From contig DATDKS010000134.1 of the NCBI GenBank assembly GCA_036519825.1, forward strand, positions 1 to 62,249: a stretch of 62,249 nucleotides of DNA, read 5' to 3'. The notes under the pieces were generated by a model. That model was not told the DNA's origin. It worked only from the letters and a program-made list of their open reading frames with translations, and ran no database searches. Each line of letters starts with the position of its first letter. The stretch's first letter is position 1. Shown here in pieces: positions 8,573 through 18,111 of this stretch. The DNA is from Nitrososphaera sp. Its GTDB lineage: Archaea > Thermoproteota > Nitrososphaeria > Nitrososphaerales > Nitrososphaeraceae. The position numbers and the translations under genes were made by a program.

Positions 8573-11257
8573 CTATATTACAGAATGTTGGTGCAGGCGC
8601 TTGTTCTGCTTTATGGCCGACTGGGCTGCAGCCAAAATCGCAATCGGGATCCTATGGGATGAGGTGCTGACATAATCGAGGCCTATATTGCTACAAAACT
8701 CGATCGATCTAGGATCGCCGCCATGCTCGCCGCAGATTCCAATCTCTATATCCTTTTTCACGCCTCTTGACATGTCGATAGCCCCCTTCATCAGCCTGCC
8801 AACTCCCTTGGTATCGATGCTCTGAAATGGGTTTACACTCACGATCCCCTTCTCGAGATAAAATGGCAAGAACTTGCCTTCGGCATCTTCCCTGCTAAAG
8901 CTGAAAGTAGCCTGCGTCAGGTCATTTGTGCCAAAGCTAATAAAATCAGCAAGATGTGCAATCTCATCTGCTACAAGACAGGCTCTAACTACTTCAATCA
9001 TACTGCCAAACTTGATCTTTAGTTTTACCTTGTGCCGGTGCTCTACTTCACGCTTGACTGATTCAAAGATCTGCCTTACTGCTGCAAGCTCCTCTACCAA
9101 GCCTATCTGAGGCACCATTATTTGTGGCTCCACTGCCATACTCTCTCCAGTCAGCTCTGCCGCTGCCTCGCATATCGACCTTATTTGAGTCTCATAGATC
9201 TCGGGAAAAGATATCCCCATCCTGACTCCTCTGTGTCCTAGCATGGGGTTAATCTCAGAGAGCTCATGTACGCGATGAAGTATCTTTTCTATACGAGCGA
9301 TTTCAGAGACCTTTCCGCCGCCCGACTTGAGCTCAAATATCTTTTGCATCAGATCCTCTTCATTTGGCAGGAATTCGTGCAGTGGCGGATCTAGCAGCCT
9401 TATTGTAACAGGAAGGCCTTTCATTTCTCTTAGGATAGCTTTAAAATCTGATCTTTGCAGCGGCTCTAGTTCTGCCAGCGCCTGCCTCCTCTCCTTCTCG
9501 TCTTGTGCCATTATCATATTAACAAACTGGACTATCCTGTCATGATGGTTGAACATACGTTCGGTCCTACAAAGCCCTATTCCTTCTGCGCCATATCTGT
9601 GGGCCAGCGCAGCACTCTCCACCGTATCTGCATTTGCCCTTATCTTTATTCCCTTCATCTCCGAAGACCACTGCAAAAGTTCCTTGAACTCCGATGAAAT
9701 TTCCGGCTCAACTGTTGGAACCTCTCCTACATAGACTCTGCCTGTAGAGCCGTCAATAGTTATCTTCTGACCTGATGTCACCATTTTTTTCCCATTAATG
9801 GTAAAGCTCTTACCATCCGCATCAATCTCTATTTGCGAGCATCCTACAACGCAAGGCTTGCCCATACCCCGTGCAACCACTGCCGCATGAGATGTTTTGC
9901 CACCTCTGCTGGTCAATATCCCGACTGACTGAAAGAAAGCAGGGACATCATCTGGCTTGGTGTCTTCCCTTACAAGGATCACTTTTTCCCCTTTTTTGCC
10001 AAGTGCCTCTGCACATGCAATGTCAAATACTGCACTTCCGCTTGCCGCCCCAGGAGATGCACCTACTCCTGTCGCAATCGGCTTTTGTTTGGAGTGCGGA
10101 TCTATCCTGCGATACAAAAGCTGCTCAAGTGCTTCGGGGTCGATTCTCTCAAGCGCAGCAATTTTGCTTATAAGACCCTCGCGGTAGAGGTCAACGGAGA
10201 TCTTAACCGCTGCTACTGCGTTCATCTTGGCTGCCCTTGTCTGAAGGATATAAAGCCTTCCCCTTTCTACTGTAAATTCGATATCTTGCGGCTCTTTGAA
10301 ATGGTTCTCAAGCTTTTCAGCCACTTCAATTAGCTGTCTATATACATCAGGCATTTCGCTGACAAGCGAGTCAATATGGTTTGGTGTCACTTTGCCTGAA
10401 ACTACATCCTCCCCTTGCGCATTTACAAGGTAATCGCCGTACAGCCGCTTTTCACCCGTCTCTGGGTCGCGAGTGAACACAACGCCTGTGCAGCTGTCAC
10501 AGCCCATATTTCCAAATACCATGGCAACTATCGTCGCGGCAGTGCCCCCTGCCATTTCTGAGGTGATGTTGTATTGTTTGCGGTATTCTACTGCGCGCTT
10601 TGCCATCCATGACCTGAAGACTGCCTCTATAGCAAGCTCTATTTGTTCATACGGATCTGCTGGAAATTTATTGCCAGTCTCTTCATATAGGGATTTCGAT
10701 GACGTTACAATAGTCTTGAGTGCATCTATGTTAGAAAGGTCCTTGCCGGCCACAATGCCGTCAAACCTGCGAGCATCTATGCCCACAATAATCTTACCAA
10801 GCATATGGATAAACCGCCTATAGGTATCCCACGCAAATTCTGGCTTGCCGCTCTGCTTTGCTAGGCCATCCACCGTCTCGTCATTTAGGCCAATATTAAG
10901 AATAGTATCCATCATACCTGGCATCGACACGCGAGCGCCGGAACGAACTGACACCAAGAGTGGGTTTTCACAGTCGCCAAACCTCTTTCCCGTCAGATCT
11001 TCTAGTCGTCTTATGGACTTGCGCACTTCATCCATCAATCCGTCTGGAAGGCGTCTACCTGCTTCGTAAAATTTTTCGCAAATTTCAGTGATTATTATGA
11101 AGCCAGGTGGTACAGGCAGACCTAGCCGTGTCATTTCTGCAAGGCCGCCTCCTTTACCTCCAAGCAGCATCTTATTTCTGCCGTCTGCTTCATCGAAAAA
11201 GTATATTGGCTTAACAATGGGAGGGGCTCTGCCAAAGCTGCTGCTGTCTTCAGACAT
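8573..11257 (-). CDS. ppdK: Pyruvate, phosphate dikinase
   Basis: LLGGKG, PLLVSVRSGA, SMPGMMDT, GGKTSHAAVVAR (phospho-His), GLCRTE, FGTNDLTQ, CGEHGG. Confidence 0.97.
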   Translation of the reverse strand: MSEDSSSFGRAPPIVKPIYFFDEADGRNKMLLGGKGGGLAEMTRLGLPVPPGFIIITEICEKFYEAGRRLPDGLMDEVRKSIRRLEDLTGKRFGDCENPLLVSVRSGARVSMPGMMDTILNIGLNDETVDGLAKQSGKPEFAWDTYRRFIHMLGKIIVGIDARRFDGIVAGKDLSNIDALKTIVTSSKSLYEETGNKFPADPYEQIELAIEAVFRSWMAKRAVEYRKQYNITSEMAGGTAATIVAMVFGNMGCDSCTGVVFTRDPETGEKRLYGDYLVNAQGEDVVSGKVTPNHIDSLVSEMPDVYRQLIEVAEKLENHFKEPQDIEFTVERGRLYILQTRAAKMNAVAAVKISVDLYREGLISKIAALERIDPEALEQLLYRRIDPHSKQKPIATGVGASPGAASGSAVFDIACAEALGKKGEKVILVREDTKPDDVPAFFQSVGILTSRGGKTSHAAVVARGMGKPCVVGCSQIEIDADGKSFTINGKKMVTSGQKITIDGSTGRVYVGEVPTVEPEISSEFKELLQWSSEMKGIKIRANADTVESAALAHRYGAEGIGLCRTERMFNHHDRIVQFVNMIMAQDEKERRQALAELEPLQRSDFKAILREMKGLPVTIRLLDPPLHEFLPNEEDLMQKIFELKSGGGKVSEIARIEKILHRVHELSEINPMLGHRGVRMGISFPEIYETQIRSICEAAAELTGESMAVEPQIMVPQIGLVEELAAVRQIFESVKREVEHRHKVKLKIKFGSMIEVVRACLVADEIAHLADFISFGTNDLTQATFSFSREDAEGKFLPFYLEKGIVSVNPFQSIDTKGVGRLMKGAIDMSRGVKKDIEIGICGEHGGDPRSIEFCSNIGLDYVSTSSHRIPIAILAAAQSAIKQNKRLHQHSVI

Positions 11258-11401
11258 TTCTGGATACTGTGATCTTTTTCCTTAATGGCTTAAAATGTTG
11301 TGTGTGTGCGTGTGTGTAGATGTAACTATGTGTTTGCGGATAATAATAATAATTTCAATTCTTAATAGTCAAGAGGAACTGTAGATCCTGGGCTAGTCGT
11401 T

Positions 11402-12724
11402 CTACTTTTTGTTCCTGTTAGGAATGTGTATGGCATCTCTGTCAATATCTCTTATGGCGTCTACAAGCGATTCTGGAAGCGTAGGGTGGGCATGTATTGT
11501 GTCAGATATATCTTGGGGTTTCATGTGCATTCTGACTGCAAGGGCAGCTTCTCCGATCATCTCGCCTGCATGTGGCGCGATAATTAAAGCTCCCTCGATT
11601 ATTCCGTCTTTCTCATAAACCTTAAAGATTCCCTTTGTGTCACCCAGACAATTTGCCTTAGCGCTTGCAGCAAGCGGAAATTCTCCGCATTTTCCTTCCA
11701 GCTTCCCCACAAAAGCAACCTCTGGATATGTAAAGACGCACGCAGGTACAGTTCTATAATCCATCTCGCTTCCTTTTCCCATTATGTTTTGTGCAGCTAT
11801 CTCGCCCTGTTTTGAGGCAACATGAGCAAGCTCAAAGATGCCTGTTACATCTCCTATTGCAAAAATATTTTGAACCGTGCTGCGCATCTCGCCGTTAACG
11901 GTTATTCCTCGGTCGCTAAATTTTACACCACAGTTGCTCAATTCACCGGCGTTTATGGATGGTCTGCGCCCTATGCATACTAGCACCTTCTCTGTTTCAA
12001 TGGTCTGCCCCCCGGCCACCACTGCTGTGTCGAAGATCTTTTCAACCGTGGATCCTGTCATTATATTGATCCCGTCCAAGCGCATATACTTTTCAATAGT
12101 CTTTCCTATCTCTTCAATTTGAAGAGGCATCAAGTGGTCTTGAGCCTCGATCAGGGACACCTTACATCCAAAAGAATTGAAGATGGCAGAAAGTTCGCAG
12201 CCGCTATATCCTCCACCTATAACCACGATTGATTCAGGCAATTTTTCGAGTTCAAAAAACGTGTCTGTTGAAATTATGTTTTTTTCGAACGTATAGGGGG
12301 GTAAGCACACAGGGTGGCTTCCTGTAGCAATAACAATGTTCTTTGTTTCCAAGGTCTTATCATTAACTGTTACCTTATTTTCGGAAATCATGTGGGCTTC
12401 GCCATGCATAATGTCTACCTTATTGCTTTCCAAGAGAGTTGTAATCCCTGATGCAAGCCTGTTAACGGTGCCTGCCATTCTTGACTTTACAGTTGCATAA
12501 TTCAATTCGATATGTGCCTTCAACCCATCCTTCCTTGCAGCCTTAGACCTTCTAATTATCTCTCCTAAAGAGTGGAGATATTTTGTCGGAATACATCCCC
12601 TTTGCGTGCATGTTCCCCCAAACCCATTTTTTTCTATTATACCGATTTTGCCCCCCAGCTGCGCTGCTTTGATAGCACACGTATAGCCGCCGGGTCCCGC
12701 GCCTATTATTATAGCATCATACAT
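11402..12724 (-). CDS. lpdA: Dihydrolipoamide dehydrogenase (GCS L protein)
   Basis: GAGPGG, redox disulfide GGTCTQRGCIP, GGGYSG, GDV, HAHPTLPE; start likely MYDAII at 12724. Confidence 0.93.
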   Translation of the reverse strand: MYDAIIIGAGPGGYTCAIKAAQLGGKIGIIEKNGFGGTCTQRGCIPTKYLHSLGEIIRRSKAARKDGLKAHIELNYATVKSRMAGTVNRLASGITTLLESNKVDIMHGEAHMISENKVTVNDKTLETKNIVIATGSHPVCLPPYTFEKNIISTDTFFELEKLPESIVVIGGGYSGCELSAIFNSFGCKVSLIEAQDHLMPLQIEEIGKTIEKYMRLDGINIMTGSTVEKIFDTAVVAGGQTIETEKVLVCIGRRPSINAGELSNCGVKFSDRGITVNGEMRSTVQNIFAIGDVTGIFELAHVASKQGEIAAQNIMGKGSEMDYRTVPACVFTYPEVAFVGKLEGKCGEFPLAASAKANCLGDTKGIFKVYEKDGIIEGALIIAPHAGEMIGEAALAVRMHMKPQDISDTIHAHPTLPESLVDAIRDIDRDAIHIPNRNKK

Positions 12725-12763
12725 ATACGCAAAGTGATTTGTAACAGTTAGCAATAAAATTGC

Positions 12764-13504
12764 TTATCTTCTAAAATTCCACTCGTTGCTGCTGAATTTT
12801 CGTTCTGCCAGCCATTTGGCATGGCTTGCTTCATTTGTGCTCAGGCAGTCAAAGACAAGCTTGGCATCAAATTTTGTAGCAAAACCGGTTTTTAGCGACC
12901 ATGCCATGTCATCAAATGTTGTACCCGCTAGACTGGTTACTCTTTCCTTGACATCTTTGATTATCTTGTCCTTAAGCTTTTCAGAAGGCACTTTTAGAAT
13001 GGAAAACATCTTGTCTACATCAACGTTTAACAGCAAAGTGCCATGCTGAAGCAGTACCCCCTTTCTTCTTGTCTGAGCACTCCCAGAGACCTTTTTGCCG
13101 TTTATGACTATATCATTAAGCGGGACAAAGTTTGCACTAAACCCCAGCCTGTTTATCGAAGTCACGATGGCTTCGCAAATCCATCGATATGATTCCATGA
13201 TGTTCTGAGGGTATCGCTTTGTTATGAAGGAGTAGGTGAGTTCAAACTCATGTAGTACAGCCCCGCCTCCTGTCAATCTCCTGACAACATCAACTCCAAT
13301 CTCACTGCACTTTTCAATATCAACTTCGTCTCTAATGCTCTGAAAATAACCGACAGAGACAGCCGCAGGCCGCCATCCATAAATTCTGAGAACCGGCACT
13401 TCGTCAATGTTCTCTATCAGCGCTTCGTCTATTGCCATGTTGAGCGCAGCAGAGTTATGACCGGTTTCCAATACCCTTATTTTGCTGAACCTTATCATGC
13501 TCAA
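12764..13504 (-). CDS. lplA: Lipoate-protein ligase, catalytic subunit
   Basis: NMAIDEAL, RRLTGGGAVLH, NDI...GKKVSGSAQ, LQHGTLL; lacks the C-terminal accessory domain. Confidence 0.9.
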   Translation of the reverse strand: MSMIRFSKIRVLETGHNSAALNMAIDEALIENIDEVPVLRIYGWRPAAVSVGYFQSIRDEVDIEKCSEIGVDVVRRLTGGGAVLHEFELTYSFITKRYPQNIMESYRWICEAIVTSINRLGFSANFVPLNDIVINGKKVSGSAQTRRKGVLLQHGTLLLNVDVDKMFSILKVPSEKLKDKIIKDVKERVTSLAGTTFDDMAWSLKTGFATKFDAKLVFDCLSTNEASHAKWLAERKFSSNEWNFRR

Positions 13505-13779
13505 TCTGTCTTACAACCAAGTATTGCCTCTGTCAGTGATAATGAATCAAAACCGTATACTTCAGAGTTCTTCAGATACTTGTCGACCTCTTTTTTGAGA
13601 GCCTCTCTTTCTAGCTCTGTGCCGATAAGATGTGCTTCGAGGGTTTCCAAAGCTTCCTCTGGATAAAGAAAGAAATCACCGGAAATTGCAATTGAGTTGA
13701 TGGTATCTTCTATTTCATCGTATTCCAGCATTATCCTGATAAGTTTCTGAGACTTGTATACATTATGGGTTCTTTTCAT
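13501..13779 (-). CDS. lplB: Lipoate-protein ligase accessory subunit (stand-alone C-terminal domain)
   Basis: K..KLI...ISGDFFLYPEEALETLE..LIG pattern; translationally coupled to both neighbours. Confidence 0.8.
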   Translation of the reverse strand: MKRTHNVYKSQKLIRIMLEYDEIEDTINSIAISGDFFLYPEEALETLEAHLIGTELEREALKKEVDKYLKNSEVYGFDSLSLTEAILGCKTD

Positions 13780-15227
13780 TGATTACCACTTTGGTTTGTT
13801 TTTCGGGGAGGCTGCCACCTCAGATTGGGCCGCCGAGCAGCAGCAACTTCATCCAGCCTGCCAACCGGTGTGGACAGTGGCGCCTGCTTAACCATCTCTG
13901 GATCTTCCTTTATTTCACTCGTGATTTTTTTAAGCGCTAGCACAAATCTGTCCAGCGTTTCTTTGCTTTCTGTTTCCGTAGGCTCTATCATCAAAGCCTC
14001 CGGGACTATGAGTGGGAAGTAAATAGTGGGAGGGTGGAAGCCATAGTCCATAAGTCTTTTTGCAATGTTCAGGGCGCTCTTTTCACCATATCTCCTTGAC
14101 GACACGACAAATTCGTGGGCGCACCGGCGATCGTAGGCGAGGTCAAAAGTGTCCTTTAGAAGAGCTTGAAGGTAATTGGCGTTCAGTATGGCATGTTCTG
14201 ATATATCTCTAATCTTGCTTCCCCATGAATGGATGTACGAATAAGCCCTGACGTGCATACCAAAGTTTCCGTAAAAGGATCGAACCCTGCCAACTGATTT
14301 TTTACGAGCATAGTCAAGGCAGAATCTACCGTCACGCTTAACTATTTGGGGTACTGGCAAATAGTCTGCAAGAAATGATTTGACCCCCAGCACTCCCGCT
14401 CCAGGGCCGCCTCCGCCATGTGGAGTTGAAAACGTCTTGTGCAAATTTAGATGGATCATGTCAAAGCCTTGGTCCCCTGGCCGGGTGATTCCTAACAGTG
14501 CATTCATGTTTGCACCGTCGCAGTACATTAAAGCTCCATTCTTATGTGCAAGATCGCTGATCTCTAAAATCTTCTCATCAAAGAGTCCAAGTGTATTTGG
14601 ATTTGTAAGCATAACGAGTGCTACCTCTGGTGTAAGAGACTCCTTGCATCTGCGTATGTCCATATTGCCCCGGGAATCAGAAGGGACTGTAATTGTCTCC
14701 ATCTTGCACATTGAAGCTGTAGCAGGATTTGTTCCATGGGCTGAATCAGGAATTATCGCCTTTGTCCTTCTTTCTCCCTTTAGCCTAAAGTAGGCCTTTG
14801 CTATCATAACTCCTAAGAGTTCGCCCTGCGCGCCGGCAGAAGGCTGCAGAGAGAAATCATCCATCCCTGTGATATTTTTCAGATAGCCTTTCAGCTCCCA
14901 CATCAATTGCAGCGATCCTTGAGTGCATTCTTCTGGAGACATAGGATGAAGGTTGCTGAATCCTTCGGCTCTTGCAGCATCTTCATTTACCTTTGGGTTA
15001 TACTTCATGGTGCATGAGCCTAGTGGATAAAATCCAATGTCAACACCAAAATTCATTCTTGACAGGTTTGTGTAATGCCTGACAACATTTACTTCATTTA
15101 CGTTTGGAATCGGCAACTCTTTTCTGAAAATGTCGCTTGGCAGCTCGATACAGACATCTTCTTCTTGAATATGCCCTGTGTTTTTCTCTTCTTCGTATTC
15201 AAATATTATTTTCATTACTTTTTTCAA
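13776..15227 (-). CDS. gcvPB: Glycine dehydrogenase (decarboxylating) subunit 2
   Basis: YPLGSCTMKYNP, AHGTNPA, PLP-lysine HLNLHKTFSTPHGGGGPG, MIEPTETE. Confidence 0.97.
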   Translation of the reverse strand: MKKVMKIIFEYEEEKNTGHIQEEDVCIELPSDIFRKELPIPNVNEVNVVRHYTNLSRMNFGVDIGFYPLGSCTMKYNPKVNEDAARAEGFSNLHPMSPEECTQGSLQLMWELKGYLKNITGMDDFSLQPSAGAQGELLGVMIAKAYFRLKGERRTKAIIPDSAHGTNPATASMCKMETITVPSDSRGNMDIRRCKESLTPEVALVMLTNPNTLGLFDEKILEISDLAHKNGALMYCDGANMNALLGITRPGDQGFDMIHLNLHKTFSTPHGGGGPGAGVLGVKSFLADYLPVPQIVKRDGRFCLDYARKKSVGRVRSFYGNFGMHVRAYSYIHSWGSKIRDISEHAILNANYLQALLKDTFDLAYDRRCAHEFVVSSRRYGEKSALNIAKRLMDYGFHPPTIYFPLIVPEALMIEPTETESKETLDRFVLALKKITSEIKEDPEMVKQAPLSTPVGRLDEVAAARRPNLRWQPPRKTNQSGNQ

Positions 15228-16483
15228 TCACCTGCTGCGGCAGAAACGAAATCATCGATATCCTGCACAGAATTCATCTCAGTGCAACAAATCAAAAGAT
15301 TGTCTTCACCCATACAAACGCCTCCCAGTATTCCCTCTTTGAGCAGCCTTGAGGCAAGTGCTTCTGCAGACCCGGGAACCTTGACTACAAACTCATTGTA
15401 AAAGGGTTTGCTGTTCAAATTCCTGAAACCAACTTTTTCCAGTTTCCCATTCAGCAGGTGTGCTCTAGCATAAGAGAGTTTGGCAACCCTTGTCAAGCCG
15501 CTCCTGCCCATGAGCGCCAAGTATATTGTCGCCGCCAATGCCATTAGAGCCTGATTGGTTGTTATGTTGCTTGTGGCTCTCTCTCTTCTGATATGCTGCT
15601 CCCGCGCCTGAAAGGTAAGGACAAAGCCTCTGTTGCCTCTCGAATCTGTGGTCATGCCACAGATCCTCCCGGGAAGTTTCTTTAGCAAAAAGTCTTTGAC
15701 AGCTATAAACCCAAGATAGGGTCCACCGAAGCTTAAAGGTATGCCAAACGATTGTCCCTCTCCTGTCACAATATCTGCGCCGTATTTTCCGGGAGGCTCA
15801 AGTATTGCAAGTGAAGTTGGCTCGGCAATACAAGTGGTAAAGAGTGAGCCCGCCCTATGCGCCTGCTCGGCTAGGTAATGCAGGTTTTCTACGTTACCAT
15901 AGAAATCCGGGTTTTGGGCTATTACACAAGCAGTATTGTTGTCTATTTTGTCAGTGAGGGTAAGTTCCGCCCCTTGGCAGTATGTCTGCAAAACTTCAAG
16001 ATACTGCGGATGTAGTCCTTCCTTTACAAAAATACTGTCCCGTCCAGTATAAGAGCATGAAAGTAGGGCTGCCTCAGCCAAGGCGGAGGCGCCCTCGTAC
16101 AAAGATGCATTTGCAACGTCCATTCCGGTAAGAAGGCATATGAAGGACTGAAATTCATATATTGCCTGCAAGGTCCCCTGGCTCATTTCTGCTTGGTAGG
16201 GTGTGTATCCTGTAAAGAGATCTCCCCTTGCAAGCAGGTGGCTCACAGCTGAGGGTATATAATGATTGTAAGCTCCTGCGCCGACGAAGCAGCGCAAGAC
16301 CTTGTTCGTATCGGCGAGGCCTCTCATATGACGTATTAGATCAAGCTCACTCTTTGGTTGAGGCAGATTTAGTTTACCCGTGAAAGCAGGAATGAATTCT
16401 CTGACCAGATCATTTATGGAACCTGCTCCGATCTGGTTTAGCATTTCTCCTACGTCTTTTTCTGTTACAGGTATGTAATCCAT
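15224..16483 (-). CDS. gcvPA: Glycine dehydrogenase (decarboxylating) subunit 1
   Basis: GAGAYNHYIP, YTPYQAEMSQG, NASLYEG, FGGPYLG, REQHIRRERATSNI. Confidence 0.97.
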   Translation of the reverse strand: MDYIPVTEKDVGEMLNQIGAGSINDLVREFIPAFTGKLNLPQPKSELDLIRHMRGLADTNKVLRCFVGAGAYNHYIPSAVSHLLARGDLFTGYTPYQAEMSQGTLQAIYEFQSFICLLTGMDVANASLYEGASALAEAALLSCSYTGRDSIFVKEGLHPQYLEVLQTYCQGAELTLTDKIDNNTACVIAQNPDFYGNVENLHYLAEQAHRAGSLFTTCIAEPTSLAILEPPGKYGADIVTGEGQSFGIPLSFGGPYLGFIAVKDFLLKKLPGRICGMTTDSRGNRGFVLTFQAREQHIRRERATSNITTNQALMALAATIYLALMGRSGLTRVAKLSYARAHLLNGKLEKVGFRNLNSKPFYNEFVVKVPGSAEALASRLLKEGILGGVCMGEDNLLICCTEMNSVQDIDDFVSAAAGD

Positions 16484-16499
16484 CGATTTTTGTTCTCTC

Positions 16500-16901
16500 T
16501 TATTTTATTTCGCCAATATATCTGTCATACTTTTCCTTTGCCATTAAACCTTCAAATTCATCCATGTTTGATGGTTTAATCTTTGCAATCCACCCCAAGT
16601 CATACGGAGACTGATTTATCATTTCCGGTTTTTCAATCAATCCTTCATTGACTTCTACGATCTCACCACTGATTGGAGCGTAAATGTCAGAAGAAGCCTT
16701 TACTGAATCGACTATGGCCATTGTCTGTCCTTGTTTGAAGGAACCGCCGGCTTTTGGCAATTCTATTGAGACTATGTCGCCAAGTTGTTCTTGAGCAAAG
16801 TCAGAAATTCCAATTATTACCGTTCCATCCTTTATGGTAATCCACTCATGTTCCTTTGTGAATTTTAACTCTGACACAATGCGTTTCTTTGTAGCAAACA
16901 T
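16500..16901 (-). CDS. gcvH: Glycine cleavage system H protein
   Basis: FTKEHEW, GISDFAQEQLGDIV, lipoyl-lysine DSVKASSDIYAP, NQSPY..GW. True start may be GTG 16877. Confidence 0.96.
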   Translation of the reverse strand: MFATKKRIVSELKFTKEHEWITIKDGTVIIGISDFAQEQLGDIVSIELPKAGGSFKQGQTMAIVDSVKASSDIYAPISGEIVEVNEGLIEKPEMINQSPYDLGWIAKIKPSNMDEFEGLMAKEKYDRYIGEIK

Positions 16902-16974
16902 AAAACTTTATCTCTTTTCAATTCCACGCACTTCGTAAAAAAATAAGCAGATGCAAAGATTATCCTCTCAATTT

Positions 16975-18045
16975 TTATTTTCGCTTATAGAACCTTGTGC
17001 TTGTGACTTTAGCTTCATATTGCTTGCCTCCAATGTCAATATGAATTGATTGGCTCTGTAAAATGTCAACAGGTACAAAACAAAACCCGATGGACTTTCT
17101 AAGCGTAGGCGAAAAACTACCACTTGTCACAAAGCCTATCTCCCGTCCATTTGCGAGAACTTTGTTGCCCTGCCTTGCTATCCTCTTTTCCACAACTTCA
17201 AAACCAACCAGCTTTCTTGATGGGTGGCTATTGCTCAACGCTTTTTTTCCTATGAATTCTTGCTTCTTGCCGAAGCTGATCGTCCATTTTAGTGGAACTT
17301 CTAGTGGAGTGATATATTCATCCATGTCGTTTCCATAAAGCATTAGACCAGCTTCAAGCCGTAGTGTATCCCGTGCACCCAAGCCCGCCGGCTTGACTCC
17401 AAATTTTTCACCATACTCCATCAATTTGTCCCAGATTTCTATTCTTGAAGAATCAAAGAATATCTCAAATCCGTCTTCTCCTGTATAGCCTGTCCTCGAT
17501 AGCATGCATTCAAATCCATCAATATTTTCATCAACAAGATGAAATGGTTTAAGATACTGCAGGTCAGTTTCTACTAATTTCTGCAGCAGATCACACGCTT
17601 GGGGTCCCTGTATTGCAAGCAGCGCAGTTCTAGCGCTAATGTCCTCGACATGTGCTGATTTCAAATGCTCTGAAATCCACTCGAAATCTTTGCTTCTGTT
17701 TGAGGAATTGACTACAACTAGAAAGCGATCATGGGCGAGCCTATATGCAATTATGTCATCAACTATCCCCCCATCTTCGTAGCACATCGGAGAGTACAGT
17801 GCTTGATGGTCGACCAGCTTTTCAAGGTCGTTTGTTACTATCTCTTGCAGACAGGCGAGAGAGTCCTGACCTTTAACTTCAAATCGACCCATATGAGAGA
17901 CATCAAATAAACCGACATTTGTCCTGACATTGACGTGTTCGTCCATGATCCCGGAGTATTGAAGTGGCATTTCCCAACCATGAAAATCCACGATCTTTGC
18001 ACCAAGCGATTTGTGGATATTATAGAAAGGAGTTCGCACTATCAA
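16975..18045 (-). CDS. gcvT: Aminomethyltransferase (GCS T protein)
   Basis: RTPF...H...GA...F.GWEMP.QY, FDVSHMG, RTGYTGEDGFE, GLGARDTLRLEAG. Start likely TTG 18045 or GTG 18039; the ORF-track extension to 18198 overlaps lipA. Confidence 0.96.
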   Translation of the reverse strand: MIVRTPFYNIHKSLGAKIVDFHGWEMPLQYSGIMDEHVNVRTNVGLFDVSHMGRFEVKGQDSLACLQEIVTNDLEKLVDHQALYSPMCYEDGGIVDDIIAYRLAHDRFLVVVNSSNRSKDFEWISEHLKSAHVEDISARTALLAIQGPQACDLLQKLVETDLQYLKPFHLVDENIDGFECMLSRTGYTGEDGFEIFFDSSRIEIWDKLMEYGEKFGVKPAGLGARDTLRLEAGLMLYGNDMDEYITPLEVPLKWTISFGKKQEFIGKKALSNSHPSRKLVGFEVVEKRIARQGNKVLANGREIGFVTSGSFSPTLRKSIGFCFVPVDILQSQSIHIDIGGKQYEAKVTSTRFYKRK

Positions 18046-18111
18046 AGTTAGATGAACCCTTATTATTGAGCATATTGTCTGACTAAATGGCATACGAAGA
18101 AAGGGAACAAA